The position numbers and the translations under genes are program-made. DNA of 64,000 nt, from assembly GCA_021734945.1 (NCBI GenBank), contig JAIPIA010000003.1:156895-220894 (forward strand). Direction: 5' to 3'. The notes under the pieces were generated by a model. That model saw only the letters and a program-made list of their open reading frames with translations, searched no databases and was not told the origin of the DNA. Below are positions 35,524 to 45,104 of the stretch, piece after piece (within the stretch, counting starts at the first letter, position 1; every line of letters starts with the position of its first letter). The stretch is from Minisyncoccota bacterium (GTDB lineage: Bacteria; Patescibacteriota; Minisyncoccia; Phycocordibacterales; CAIZLB01).

Positions 35524-36783
35524 CTACTTATTCAAAGCAGCTCTTGTGGCTGGGCCTACGATTCCTAGTTTTGAAATTTTATGCAGGGCTTGATATTTTA
35601 TAACAGCAGCCTTAGTCAGAGGACCAAAACTTCCATTTGTTGGGCCACTATATACACCTTCCGTTTTCAACTTTTTTTGTAATTCAATTACTTCAGCTCC
35701 CTTTGAGCCAAAAGACAATGCTTTCTTGAATACATAATTACCTGCACTACTAGTTTGAGGTTTTGTCGAAACTGTCGAACTAGGTTCAGATGGAGTGACT
35801 GTAGGTACTACAGCAGATGAATTTGTTCTAGCTACCACATCTACAACCAGCTGAGTCTTTGCAACATTTACATCTTCCACTGCAGTAATAGTTATAGTAT
35901 GTCTGCCAATATCTTGAGATTGGGGTTTCCATCCAAAGCTATTTACGTTAATAGCAACGGAATCCAAAGTGCTATTTCCAAAACTATCGCTTAGTGAATA
36001 TGTAGGATAATTAAAACCATACAGGTTTGTAGCAAAATTAAATGCTGTATCAGTGTATGCTGTAGAAATTGAGCCTGCGTATATGTCTCTCATCGAAATA
36101 CCATTTACTACTATTGTTTGATACACAGTGTCTTGTCTACCATTCGATGCAGAAACTCGAATTGAAATATTATGTATTCCCACATCGCTTTCTTTTGGAG
36201 TCCAATTCACATTTCCAAATGAGTCTATATTTCTACTTGAAATCGTGGTTGCACCATTCCCACCAACAAACGAATCAAAGAGACTAAACGTTGGGTTTAT
36301 ATATCCTGGTGCAGAAACACCAAATGAAACACCTTTATTTGGAAAGACACTTGAACCTGGAGACAATGAAACAATTTTTACAGGAGAAGCCTCTGTAATA
36401 GTAAGGGTCTGATAGTACGTGTTTCTACTTCCTAAGGGATCTGTAGTTGTAATAGTTAAACTATGCACGCCTATATCAGTCTCAATTGGTGTCCAAGAAA
36501 AAACACCTGCTGTATTTATACTTGAATTTGAAATTGTACTTCCAGAAAGTGAATCACTTATTGTATAGTTCAATCGTACATAATCATCTGTCTTCACTGT
36601 AAAAGAAACACCTGTTCCAACAGCTACTGTTGTGTTTGGACTCACAGTACTTATAGTTACAGTACGGGCTTCTACCTGAGATAGAGGTAAAACTGTACAT
36701 ACAAACAAGACAACTGACGCTAATAATGTCTTTGATTTTTTGAATGAGATTTGTTTTATCATAACTTTATATATTATACACAA
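35524..36783 (-). CDS. secreted protein with repeated Ig-like beta domains and C-terminal PG_binding_1 domain
   Basis: Signal/TM segment, three to four ~90-aa repeats, C-terminal GSKGAEVIELQKKL...GPATRAALNK. Confidence 0.5.
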   Translation of the reverse strand: MCIIYKVMIKQISFKKSKTLLASVVLFVCTVLPLSQVEARTVTISTVSPNTTVAVGTGVSFTVKTDDYVRLNYTISDSLSGSTISNSSINTAGVFSWTPIETDIGVHSLTITTTDPLGSRNTYYQTLTITEASPVKIVSLSPGSSVFPNKGVSFGVSAPGYINPTFSLFDSFVGGNGATTISSRNIDSFGNVNWTPKESDVGIHNISIRVSASNGRQDTVYQTIVVNGISMRDIYAGSISTAYTDTAFNFATNLYGFNYPTYSLSDSFGNSTLDSVAINVNSFGWKPQSQDIGRHTITITAVEDVNVAKTQLVVDVVARTNSSAVVPTVTPSEPSSTVSTKPQTSSAGNYVFKKALSFGSKGAEVIELQKKLKTEGVYSGPTNGSFGPLTKAAVIKYQALHKISKLGIVGPATRAALNK

Positions 36784-36815
36784 AACAACTACCTTGGTTT
36801 ATTTATTTAGGATAA

Positions 36816-37316
36816 TTAAACTTCAAACTTCTCAAGTATATCTTTACACTTTCCAACTATAACCATTGCGTACTCATCCTTCTCGATTCCAATTTTCTCA
36901 TACCAAGACATAGGAAATTCTTTTCCAGCAAAGGTTATCCCTTCAAAAGTTTCTGCATTATATTTATGCAAAGCTCTCTCAATTACTTTTTTAAACAAAT
37001 CCTTACCTATTCCTCTGCTCTGAGACGAAGGATCAACAAAAAGCATTCCATCATTACATCGAATATCTGTCCGCCAAGGTTTTATATTTACTACCATGCC
37101 ACCGAGTGGTGTACCATCTTCACCAATCGCCACATAAAACAAATCTGGCTGTTTTTTGATCCAATATTTCAAATTTTCGTAAGAATGACCTTCATCCCAG
37201 GGTTTTTCTGGGTCAGCTTGAGTAAATGATTTAGACAAAGCTTTTGATAAAGAAGGCAAATCTTTTTCCTCAATCAATCTAAGTGTATACATAATTTGCA
37301 GTAAATAATACCACAC
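36816..37316 (-). CDS. GNAT-family N-acetyltransferase; start likely MYTLRLIEE
   Basis: Acetyl-CoA-binding motif QSRGIGKDLFKKVIE. Confidence 0.7.
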   Translation of the reverse strand: MWYYLLQIMYTLRLIEEKDLPSLSKALSKSFTQADPEKPWDEGHSYENLKYWIKKQPDLFYVAIGEDGTPLGGMVVNIKPWRTDIRCNDGMLFVDPSSQSRGIGKDLFKKVIERALHKYNAETFEGITFAGKEFPMSWYEKIGIEKDEYAMVIVGKCKDILEKFEV

Positions 37317-37332
37317 TCCATCAAAATTCTTT

Positions 37333-37407
37333 TGGTGCCCTCGGTAGGAATCGAACCTACAATAACGGCTTAGAAGTCCGCAGTTATATCCATTTAACTA
37401 CAAGGGC
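37333..37407 (-). tRNA. tRNA-Arg (anticodon UCU), CCA encoded
   Basis: GCCCUUGUAGUUAAAUGGAUAUAACUGCGGACUUCUAAGCCGUUAUUGUAGGUUCGAUUCCUACCGAGGGCACCA; the 31-39 pair is A-G. Confidence 0.7.
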
Positions 37408-37492
37408 ATAATGTATTACGACCAACTTCGTTAGCATAGCTTAAAATCACCTAAAAACGCAAGAAAATAACAAAAACCTACTTTAATCCATA

Positions 37493-37819
37493 TTACCTTG
37501 AAGGGTCACCTAGCTCTAAAACAGAGGAATCTCTCACACCACTCACTACGGCGTCATTCTCCATTTTCTTTGCTTCAAATTTCATAATTAAATTTCGAAG
37601 CTCATCTTCTCTTTCTCCAGCTACACTATTTAAAGAACTGCCTCTTAAAGATTCAGAATCAGCAATTTCTTGCTTCGTCCGTATGTAGAAAAAAACACTC
37701 CAAGTGAAAGAAATTAGTATTAGACTTACAAAACTCAAAAACATCCTTCTCCAGTCTTTATCTGGGTCCGTTGTAAATATTGACAGTTTTTCCAAAATTT
37801 CCTTGAGCTTATTTTTCAT
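37493..37819 (-). CDS. small membrane protein downstream of pilMNO, hypothetical
   Basis: 108 aa with one TM helix. Confidence 0.35.
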   Translation of the reverse strand: MKNKLKEILEKLSIFTTDPDKDWRRMFLSFVSLILISFTWSVFFYIRTKQEIADSESLRGSSLNSVAGEREDELRNLIMKFEAKKMENDAVVSGVRDSSVLELGDPSR

Positions 37820-37897
37820 ACGATTTTACTTATTCTATTATATATCAGATTATCCACATTCATTCTTTCAATACATATTACCTACTAAAAACTATCC

Positions 37898-38500
37898 TTA
37901 TTTCTTTTCCTTAATTTTTACAACCGAAAAGATTATAGAAAGTTTCCACGATATTTCTGTAGGTACAGCTTTTAAACTCGCTTTACCTGATGAGTCTACT
38001 GTAGACGTTTCAGTATTTTCAACCGCTACCCCAGAAGACATCTCTACTTTGTCTACACGCACAGCATAAGGTAGAGATTCAATATATGTTAAGAATTTTA
38101 GGATGTTTTTCCAACCTCCTGACAGAGACATACTGATCTTAAGAATTTGCTTCCCTTGAGAAGACAGTTCTTCATATTCCACATTTTCAATTGAATTTGT
38201 ATTATATTTTAATGAAAAATCAGCAGCTGCAGATTCTACAGAGGAAATAAAATCTATTGAACCATCAGGCTTAATAAAATGCTCCATGATTTTAACAGCA
38301 TCACCAGAAGTCTTTTCAGCTGACTTATTTACATTTTGGATATGATTTATCTTTATCTGTTTACTTTCAATTTCGCCTTTTAGGTCTGCTGATTTTTGAG
38401 ACAAGCTACTTACATATGTAACAACATAGTAAAAACACCCTACTACACATAAAGTGATAATACTTATCAGAATGAGAGATGTATTAGTTTTGTTTTTCAT
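37898..38500 (-). CDS. pilO: PilO-like type IV pilus assembly protein
   Basis: N-terminal TM helix, coiled coil, position after pilN. Confidence 0.5.
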   Translation of the reverse strand: MKNKTNTSLILISIITLCVVGCFYYVVTYVSSLSQKSADLKGEIESKQIKINHIQNVNKSAEKTSGDAVKIMEHFIKPDGSIDFISSVESAAADFSLKYNTNSIENVEYEELSSQGKQILKISMSLSGGWKNILKFLTYIESLPYAVRVDKVEMSSGVAVENTETSTVDSSGKASLKAVPTEISWKLSIIFSVVKIKEKK

Positions 38501-39110
38501 TTTTTGTTGATGAAGAATTTATAACTGTATCAATAGTTGAAGTGCTCACAATAATCTTCAGAGAAAAGTTGATATTTTTTTCTTTTGCAAAATCGCTCAG
38601 CGGAATAATGACATCATCAAAAGCAGAATTATCATTTAATCCTTGTTTAAATTGGACAAGACTTTTTCGAACATCTGCTGTGCCAGACAAATCCACAGTC
38701 ATTGCAGCATCCTCTCCAGGAGTAAATATGAAATTTCGAATCTTTATACCGTTCGGTTTTGCACTAACAATACCATTCAAGATAGCGCTCGGATTCTTTG
38801 AGTCTTCAAAAATTTTCAACGCCTCAATAGATAATGTTACATTTTTAATATTTTCAGACGAACCACTCTCTTCTTTTACCGCAAGTTCATAGTCGAGAGC
38901 CTTACTCTTCTCTAGAACAACCGCATATTTACCATAAGAAATAAAGAAAGTTGGAAGTATAAAAACAGAACCTATTATACAAACACAAAGCACACCAAAA
39001 AGAAAAGTAATAACTACTCTCTTTCGATATTCCACAACCACCTTTTTCCTTTGTTCGTCTGTTAGTAAATGTAACATATTAATATTTTGATTTTGGTAAT
39101 GCCAGGCCAA
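38484..39110 (-). CDS. pilN: PilN-like type IV pilus assembly protein
   Basis: Short cytoplasmic N-terminus, TM helix, periplasmic domain; overlaps both pilM and pilO. Confidence 0.55.
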   Translation of the reverse strand: MAWHYQNQNINMLHLLTDEQRKKVVVEYRKRVVITFLFGVLCVCIIGSVFILPTFFISYGKYAVVLEKSKALDYELAVKEESGSSENIKNVTLSIEALKIFEDSKNPSAILNGIVSAKPNGIKIRNFIFTPGEDAAMTVDLSGTADVRKSLVQFKQGLNDNSAFDDVIIPLSDFAKEKNINFSLKIIVSTSTIDTVINSSSTKNEKQN

Positions 39111-40167
39111 TTACCGTTGCGTAGTTCAGAGATTCGAGATGCTCTATAGGTGGAATTTCTTGATCAAATGAGAATACATTAACCCAAACATTTGCGAGGT
39201 CCACAGGAACTTTTAATGAAAGTGCCATATATTCTCTAAAACCAATTATAGATGAATCACGACCAGTTAGCAGAACTTTAAAAGGTGCCGTTGGGTCTTT
39301 ACCGTTTTTATCAATGTGAGACAACCAATACATATATACTCGTTGAATTTCATCTCGAAGTGCTGAAACAACATTGATGAGAGACAAGAAGAAATCATTA
39401 TTATTTTCTGTCCTTACAAAACCCTTTTCTTTAATCATCCTCTCGGCAGCTTCTTTTGAAATAGAATTTTCTTTTGCAATTGCTGAAGCAAAATTATCAC
39501 CTCCAATATTAACAGTCGAAGTAAACTGCACCGTCTGTTCATTCACAATAGAAAGTACTGTTTTTGTTTTACCTATATTTACAACTAGATACGTTTGCAT
39601 ATCGTCGAGTGCAATAATAGATCGAGTAATCGCTTGATTTTCAATCAAAAAAGAAACCGGGGTCATTCCACATTTTTCAAACAAAGAAATATAATCTTCT
39701 ATTACACCCCTAGGGACCACAGACACTGACGCAAAATCAGTTCCCTTCTTACTATTTTCTTTAATAATATGATAATCAAAAACAGTATCAGCAAGAGCGA
39801 CTGGCACATTCTCTTCTAAATGAAATTCTATATGACTCCTGATTGCCTCATCATTACCAGTAGGTATCTCCGTAGTAAAAAGATAAGCCTTTTCTTCAGG
39901 TATAGAAATTTCAACAAAGTTAAATTTATTAACCTTTTGAATTTTTTTTAAAGCTAACATAAGATCTTGGTTTGATGATAAATGTTCGTCAAATACAACA
40001 GGATTTGGGAGTTCCTGTATACCAAATCTACCCAGAGTCAGACCCTTAGGGGATTTTACTATCTCAATATATCTGATAGCGTTTGAAGATATTTCAAAAC
40101 CAACATGAGACATACCCATATATTTTGGTGTAGGAAAGTATTTAAAAAAAGAAGAATAGCCTTTCAT
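39079..40167 (-). CDS. pilM: PilM-like actin-fold type IV pilus assembly ATPase
   Basis: 362 aa with actin/FtsA-like fold signature, first gene of the pilMNO arrangement. Confidence 0.7.
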   Translation of the reverse strand: MKGYSSFFKYFPTPKYMGMSHVGFEISSNAIRYIEIVKSPKGLTLGRFGIQELPNPVVFDEHLSSNQDLMLALKKIQKVNKFNFVEISIPEEKAYLFTTEIPTGNDEAIRSHIEFHLEENVPVALADTVFDYHIIKENSKKGTDFASVSVVPRGVIEDYISLFEKCGMTPVSFLIENQAITRSIIALDDMQTYLVVNIGKTKTVLSIVNEQTVQFTSTVNIGGDNFASAIAKENSISKEAAERMIKEKGFVRTENNNDFFLSLINVVSALRDEIQRVYMYWLSHIDKNGKDPTAPFKVLLTGRDSSIIGFREYMALSLKVPVDLANVWVNVFSFDQEIPPIEHLESLNYATVIGLALPKSKY

Positions 40168-40277
40168 AGAACACCCAATGAGTTGAGTGTTTTTATTTTA
40201 ACACATTTAGCAAAGTTTACAGCAGTTCAGAATAATTTTATTTAAAATAAACTTGAATAACAGTACCCTATTGCAAA

Positions 40278-40700
40278 TTATCCTAATGTTGTACCAGATT
40301 GAATTTCTCTTGTAGGTGAAAATAGTACTAACCCTTGTTCATCACTACCTGCGAGAATCATTGCCCGACTCTCCATTCCCATAATACTTCTAGGTTCAAG
40401 GTTTATAACAAATACAAAACTTTTTTCTATCAAATCTTCAGGTAAAAATGTCTTGGCAATACCTGAAAGAACCTGCCTAGGTTTGTTATTCATTACAGTT
40501 TCTCCTGCTTCATTCTTTTCCTCCTCTTTTTCATTAAAATCGACAGATAACTTGAGAAGTTTCGGTGATCCTTCAACTTTTTCAGCAGACAATACCTTAC
40601 CTACTGCCATTTTAACCTTCAAAAAATCATCAAAGCCTATGTTTACATTTTTAACGACTTCTTCACCTACTTCTTGATTTGTGTGTATGATTTCGCTCAT
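40278..40700 (-). CDS. tRNA-binding domain protein (CsaA/Myf-like, homologous to the MetRS C-terminal domain)
   Basis: KMAVGKVLSAEKVEGSPKLLKLSVDF ... RQVLSGIAKTFLPEDLIEKSFVFVINLEP matches the OB-fold tRNA-binding consensus. Confidence 0.7.
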   Translation of the reverse strand: MSEIIHTNQEVGEEVVKNVNIGFDDFLKVKMAVGKVLSAEKVEGSPKLLKLSVDFNEKEEEKNEAGETVMNNKPRQVLSGIAKTFLPEDLIEKSFVFVINLEPRSIMGMESRAMILAGSDEQGLVLFSPTREIQSGTTLG

Positions 40701-40748
40701 TTTATATTTATATTTAATTTATGAAATTTTATCTATTAATTATGTAAA

Positions 40749-41231
40749 TTATTCATCTTTCTGGATGTACTTAGTATCTTCTATTTCTTCTAGCGACCTC
40801 TGTGGGGATTTTTGATGTTTTATTCTATCAAGATAACTTTGCAAAATAACAGCTGCTGCCGAAGCATCTATATCTGACCTCTGCCCTTGGAGGCGTTCTG
40901 CTTGCATTGTTGAAAATATCTCTGGTTCAAAAATTACATCCAAACCTCTCGCCTCAAGGTGATTAATAAATTCATAGACTTCCTTCATTACCACATTGTC
41001 CTCTCCTTTAAAGTTTTTAGATTCCCCTAGCACAACCTCTCGTGCTCCAACCTCATTACATACTCGTGACACCTCGTCTGCAACGTTCTCAAGACCTGTG
41101 TTTTGTATAATACCCTTCGGAAAAGCCATTGATCCCTGATCATCAGAAACAGCCAAACCTATACGCTTGGTACCATAATCAATACCCACATACTTCTTAT
41201 ACACATTTGTCTCAGAAACGTCAGTACTCAT
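40749..41231 (-). CDS. ruvX: YqgF/RuvX-family putative pre-16S rRNA nuclease / Holliday junction resolvase-like
   Basis: VGIDYGTKRIGLAVSD is the RNase H-like YqgF N-terminus. Confidence 0.8.
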   Translation of the reverse strand: MSTDVSETNVYKKYVGIDYGTKRIGLAVSDDQGSMAFPKGIIQNTGLENVADEVSRVCNEVGAREVVLGESKNFKGEDNVVMKEVYEFINHLEARGLDVIFEPEIFSTMQAERLQGQRSDIDASAAAVILQSYLDRIKHQKSPQRSLEEIEDTKYIQKDE

Positions 41232-41310
41232 ATATTGGGCAATATACCATAATATTGCCTTCTAAAGCAGGATAGTTGAAAAAACATTTATTTTAATATA
41301 TAGTCTTACG

Positions 41311-41398
41311 CGGAGGAGTGGCAGAGTGGTCTATCGCGCTTGTCTTGAAAACAAGAGTCCCTTCACGGGGACCGTGAGTTCGAATCTCACCTCCTCCG
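41311..41398 (+). tRNA. tRNA-Ser (anticodon UGA), long variable arm, discriminator G; CCA not encoded
   Basis: Acceptor GGAGGAG/CUCCUCC, anticodon stem CUUGU/ACAAG with loop CUUGAAA, variable arm AGUCCCUUCACGGGGACC, T-arm GUGAGUUCGAAUCUCAC. Confidence 0.85.
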
Positions 41399-41408
41399 CA
41401 AAAACAAA

Positions 41409-41441
41409 GGAGTCCAGCTTTATGCTGGGCTTTTTTGTTTT
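41409..41441 (+). terminator. intrinsic terminator after tRNA-Ser
   Basis: AGUCCAGC-UUUAU-GCUGGGCU followed by UUUUUUGUUUU. Confidence 0.6.
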
Positions 41442-41639
41442 AAACAGATGGTAGCGTGGTGAGATTCGAAAGTGATGTTAAAAGCAAACTGCTTTGTCTT
41501 TTTTACGAGCCGACTATGAAGGGAGTGTTTCCAATCTGAGTGAGAATACAGTTTACAGTTCGGGCGAAACAGGAAACACTCACGAAGTGGAATCTCACCT
41601 TATTTAAAATGTTACAAGAAATATTAGCAAAAATATAAA

Positions 41640-42055
41640 ACTTATCCTTCCTACTTCTGCCAACGCTTACCCCAACCAATATAAAGATTATTTAAAAATG
41701 TATTCCACTTTTTAACAGAAAGATACTTTGGATATATACAAGGGTCCAACGGCTCATCAGATTCCCAAACAACTTCAAACTGTCCATCAATTTCAATTCT
41801 ACCTATTCTGGCAGTTCTTTTTAAATGCTGTGTTTCTTTATCAAATCTGACTATCCCCTCAGGTGACTGGAATGAAATCTCACCTAAAGACTCACGTACA
41901 CTTCTTGAATCATCCGCACCAGCTTTTTCTACTGCTTTTGCAAAAAGATATACACTTGTATATGCAGTTGCAATTGGATCATTAACGACCCTATGGCTCC
42001 CATATTTCTTTTTAAAATTTTCAACAAATATTTTATTTGTCTTTGAGTTGATATT
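41640..42055 (-). pseudogene. C-terminal remnant (~138 aa) of a LivJ-type (PBP type 1) substrate-binding protein; no start, with upstream frameshift/stop
   Basis: A 138-codon open frame translates to FVENFKKKYGSHRVVNDPIATAYTSVYLFAKAVEKAGADDSRSVRESLGEISFQSPEGIVRFDKETQHLKRTARIGRIEIDGQFEVVW. It is bounded 5' by TAG at ~42055; a neighbouring frame reads YQKYKNKD*. It is homologous to the intact SBP at 54523-55605. Confidence 0.55.
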
Positions 42056-42177
42056 CTAATCTTTATTCTTGTACTTTTGGTAGATAGCTGCACTCTCAAC
42101 ATATAGCCACACTCATCGGGTAATAGAGATTTATTTCAATTAAATAAAAATTAAAGTAAAATGGATTATATACATAA

Positions 42178-43314
42178 ATGAAAAAAGCTCTATTTCTCAT
42201 GTTAAACAGGTCACATGACCAAAATTCTATAAAAGATGGAGGGCCTGCTTTGACTAGTGAATTAACAAAAGCTCTTAAACGTAAAAATTATTCCATTGAT
42301 TATATAAGTGGAAATGATATGGCTAAAACAAAACAACACTCAGACTTATCCCCCCTTCTACAACGTATACAAAAAGCAAATGAATTCGGAAAATTTGTTG
42401 ATAAAAATATTTTTAAAGATTATGATTTAATTTTTCTTTCGCACCCAAGCACCGCAATGGGTTTCGAGGCTACAGATTTTCCTATTGAAAAGACCGTTTT
42501 ATTTCCTACCCTACTCGGGAGAGAGTATGCACATTTTATGGAAGTACCAAAAGAATATATAGATTTAGAAAAGAAAATACTTAGTTTCGGATACAAAATT
42601 CAAACACCCTCTAATCAGCAATTTAAAATATTAAACGAAGAATACAATGTTCCAAAAGAGAATATTTTAATTAAACAAAGAGGTTTTTCACCATCTATTT
42701 TTCCAATCAAAGTAAGACACCTACGTAATGATGTTTCTAAAGAAAAACCATTGCGACTAATGAGCGCTAACGCTGTAAGACCCCAAAAAGGCTACATGGA
42801 ATTAATAGACATTGTCGATTTTTGTATAAAAAAAGAATTACCAGTTCAAATAGTTATATATGGTGACACTATTCAATCAAGCAATGAAACATATCTTAAA
42901 TATGCACAGAATTTTGTTGATAAGGTCCAAGAGAAGAATCTTCAAGAATATTTTGAATTTCATCCTTCTGTTGAACAAGAATTATTAAGTAAAGAGATGG
43001 AAAAAGTTGACCTTGCAATAATACCTTCAATCTATGAAAGTTTTGGTAAATCAGCCTTGGAAGCATCAGCAAGTGGTTTACCTACCATTGTCTTTGATGA
43101 CATTTCTGTATATAGAGAATTTTTAAATGATCAGACTGCTATTTTTACTAAAAGAAATCCTAAAGATTTTTACAAATCTATTATCGAATTGATTTCTGCG
43201 CCTGAAAAATATAACAACATCAGTATAAGTGGCATAGAAAATGGAAAAAAATATGTTTCTGAGAATATATATGACGAATTAATTCAGGAGATAGAAGACA
43301 TCTCTAGTAATTAA
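42178..43314 (+). CDS. family 4 (GT4) glycosyltransferase
   Basis: GT4 C-terminal signature IPSIYESFGKSALEASASGLPTIVFDD. Confidence 0.7.
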   Translation: MKKALFLMLNRSHDQNSIKDGGPALTSELTKALKRKNYSIDYISGNDMAKTKQHSDLSPLLQRIQKANEFGKFVDKNIFKDYDLIFLSHPSTAMGFEATDFPIEKTVLFPTLLGREYAHFMEVPKEYIDLEKKILSFGYKIQTPSNQQFKILNEEYNVPKENILIKQRGFSPSIFPIKVRHLRNDVSKEKPLRLMSANAVRPQKGYMELIDIVDFCIKKELPVQIVIYGDTIQSSNETYLKYAQNFVDKVQEKNLQEYFEFHPSVEQELLSKEMEKVDLAIIPSIYESFGKSALEASASGLPTIVFDDISVYREFLNDQTAIFTKRNPKDFYKSIIELISAPEKYNNISISGIENGKKYVSENIYDELIQEIEDISSN

Positions 43315-43913
43315 TCTTTCAAAATAGATATCAAGAATTTAATCTTTTCAATATCGTCCAAATTTTTTTGTCTTACCTTAAGACCAACTTGATTATGCCA
43401 ACCAATCTTTTCTTCAAGTAGATATTCTAACTTTAAAAATCTAGCTTTTACTCCTAAGAAAGATATTTCAACACTAGCATCGCGAGCATTAGTACTAAAT
43501 TTTAATAATTTTCCATGACTTGGCATAGTTGCACGACCAAATTCATCTTCCCAATATCTATGTATATCAGCATGGCAGTACATTGGTTTATCTTCTCTTG
43601 CTTGATCTACTTTGTAACACTCTCCTCTCACTTCTTCAGGCTCATACACAACATGACCCTTACTTTCCAAAAAAACTTTTATTCTTTCTACCGTCAAACT
43701 ATCAGCCATAAGATCAATATCACCATGCTGTCTTGTAAAATACCCACAATGAGCATCAATTGCAAAACCCGCCAAAAAATAGACTACCCACCCTTCTGTT
43801 AATGCCTCACTAGCAATTTCTTTATATAAAATTAAAGATCTCTTACTTCTTTCATCCAAAGCATCTAGTGGCATTGGTGGGTATTTTTCCTCTAGATTAG
43901 GAGAACACATCAT
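43311..43913 (-). CDS. ANT(2'')/Lnu-family nucleotidyltransferase (aminoglycoside/lincosamide nucleotidyltransferase-like)
   Basis: GWVVYFLAGFAIDAHCGYFTRQHGDIDLM aligns with the AadB catalytic region LWIGGGWAIDARLGRVTRKHDDIDL; length 200 aa. Confidence 0.55.
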   Translation of the reverse strand: MMCSPNLEEKYPPMPLDALDERSKRSLILYKEIASEALTEGWVVYFLAGFAIDAHCGYFTRQHGDIDLMADSLTVERIKVFLESKGHVVYEPEEVRGECYKVDQAREDKPMYCHADIHRYWEDEFGRATMPSHGKLLKFSTNARDASVEISFLGVKARFLKLEYLLEEKIGWHNQVGLKVRQKNLDDIEKIKFLISILKD

Positions 43914-43999
43914 AAGTAAACAATATCATGTGTTTAGGAAGTATAAAAAAAGAAACACCCTTCACACCCAATTAAATATATTGTATTATCGAGCCACCC

Positions 44000-44308
44000 T
44001 TGAATGTTCAAGGTTTCAAACCGTTAAAAGTTAGTTCATCAGACAGACAATCATATATCCACCCTGAAACACAGTCCCTCCACTCACCCATGAAAACGCT
44101 CGTTCACCTTCTCTCCGTCTTGGCTTTTGCCACCCTCGCAGCACCCAGCTGCACAATGCAAAAAACCGTCCCTATTTCCTCAGACCGCAGTAATGGCCTG
44201 CTGGACAATGTTCACATCGTCGACAACGACAACATTCGCGAGCAGCAACGAATTGTGACGGGGAGCGACACAAAAGTCCTCCCAATCCTGACCTTCACAG
44301 GCCAATAG
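44000..44308 (+). CDS. small secreted/lipoprotein-like protein in a GC-rich (~55%) segment; likely start MKTLVHLL at ~44090
   Basis: Signal-peptide-like MKTLVHLLSVLAFATLAAPSC; composition differs sharply from the background; strong terminator follows. Confidence 0.35.
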   Translation: MNVQGFKPLKVSSSDRQSYIHPETQSLHSPMKTLVHLLSVLAFATLAAPSCTMQKTVPISSDRSNGLLDNVHIVDNDNIREQQRIVTGSDTKVLPILTFTGQ

Positions 44309-44351
44309 TCAATTCTCTGACTCACAAGCGTCGATCAGCTCGACAAAATCA

Positions 44352-44395
44352 CAGGCCGGAGGCCCAACCCTCACTCCGGCCTGTTTTTTATTTTC
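44352..44395 (+). terminator. strong intrinsic terminator
   Basis: GGCCGGAG-GCCCAACCCUCA-CUCCGGCC followed by UGUUUUUUAUUUU. Confidence 0.7.
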
Positions 44396-44504
44396 AAAAT
44401 TATATTTATAAGAGTTTTATTTTAGACCAACGCTTTATTTATTTCACTAACAACCATATTAATAAATACAACACAAATCTTTTTTCATATGCTAAAATAT
44501 ATTT

Positions 44505-44975
44505 ATGGGAAAAGATCCATTTATTTGGAATGCACATGAATACTATTTTCAGACAAAAACAGCTGATTGGTATTGGGCTGTTGGTATTATTGGTGTATCG
44601 CTCGCAACTATCTCTATTATCTATGGAAATGTATTATTCGCTCTACTTGTACTTGTTAGTACAATTGCACTATCTGTGTTTGCTTCAAAAGAACCAGCTT
44701 TTGTACGTTTTGAAATAAACAAAAGTGGAATAATTATTGGAAAAACATTATTTCCATTTGGAACACTCGACTCTTTTTGGGTAGAAGACAACAAACACCT
44801 CGGTCATGCTTCGCAGCTTTTTATAAAATCTAAAAAAGTTATGGTTCCTATAATAGCCATTCCCCTCGAAGGAATGAACCCTGAGGACATTCGAGATTTC
44901 TTACTTGACCATTTATTTGAAACTCCACACTCTGAGCCACTTGGACAAAAAATTCTTGAGTACTTTGGTTTCTAA
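44505..44975 (+). CDS. membrane protein with bacterial PH-like (YdbS/bPH_2-like) domain, hypothetical
   Basis: Two TM helices followed by a ~80-aa beta-rich domain. Confidence 0.35.
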   Translation: MGKDPFIWNAHEYYFQTKTADWYWAVGIIGVSLATISIIYGNVLFALLVLVSTIALSVFASKEPAFVRFEINKSGIIIGKTLFPFGTLDSFWVEDNKHLGHASQLFIKSKKVMVPIIAIPLEGMNPEDIRDFLLDHLFETPHSEPLGQKILEYFGF

Positions 44976-45032
44976 ACTTTTTGTGATATTTTGCTGCTAT
45001 TGTTGATGGTGTTTTACATACACCCTTTTACA

Positions 45033-45104
45033 GCTCTCGTCGTTCAATGGATAGGACGTAACTTTGCGGAAGTTATGATGCAGGTTCGATTCCTGCCGAG
45101 AGCA
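45033..45104 (+). tRNA. tRNA-Arg (anticodon GCG as read by eye); CCA not encoded
   Basis: Acceptor GCUCUCG/CGAGAGC, anticodon stem UAACU/AGUUA with loop UUGCGGA, T-arm GCAGGUUCGAUUCCUGC. Confidence 0.7.

Noticed and set aside
41440-41600. Possible second tRNA or pseudo-tRNA after tRNA-Ser
   Set aside because: Only the T-arm-like segments are present (GGUGAGAUUCGAA and GAAUCUCACC); no anticodon or D-arm and no acceptor pairing were found. It is interpreted as duplicated tRNA 3' fragments or an att-like remnant instead.
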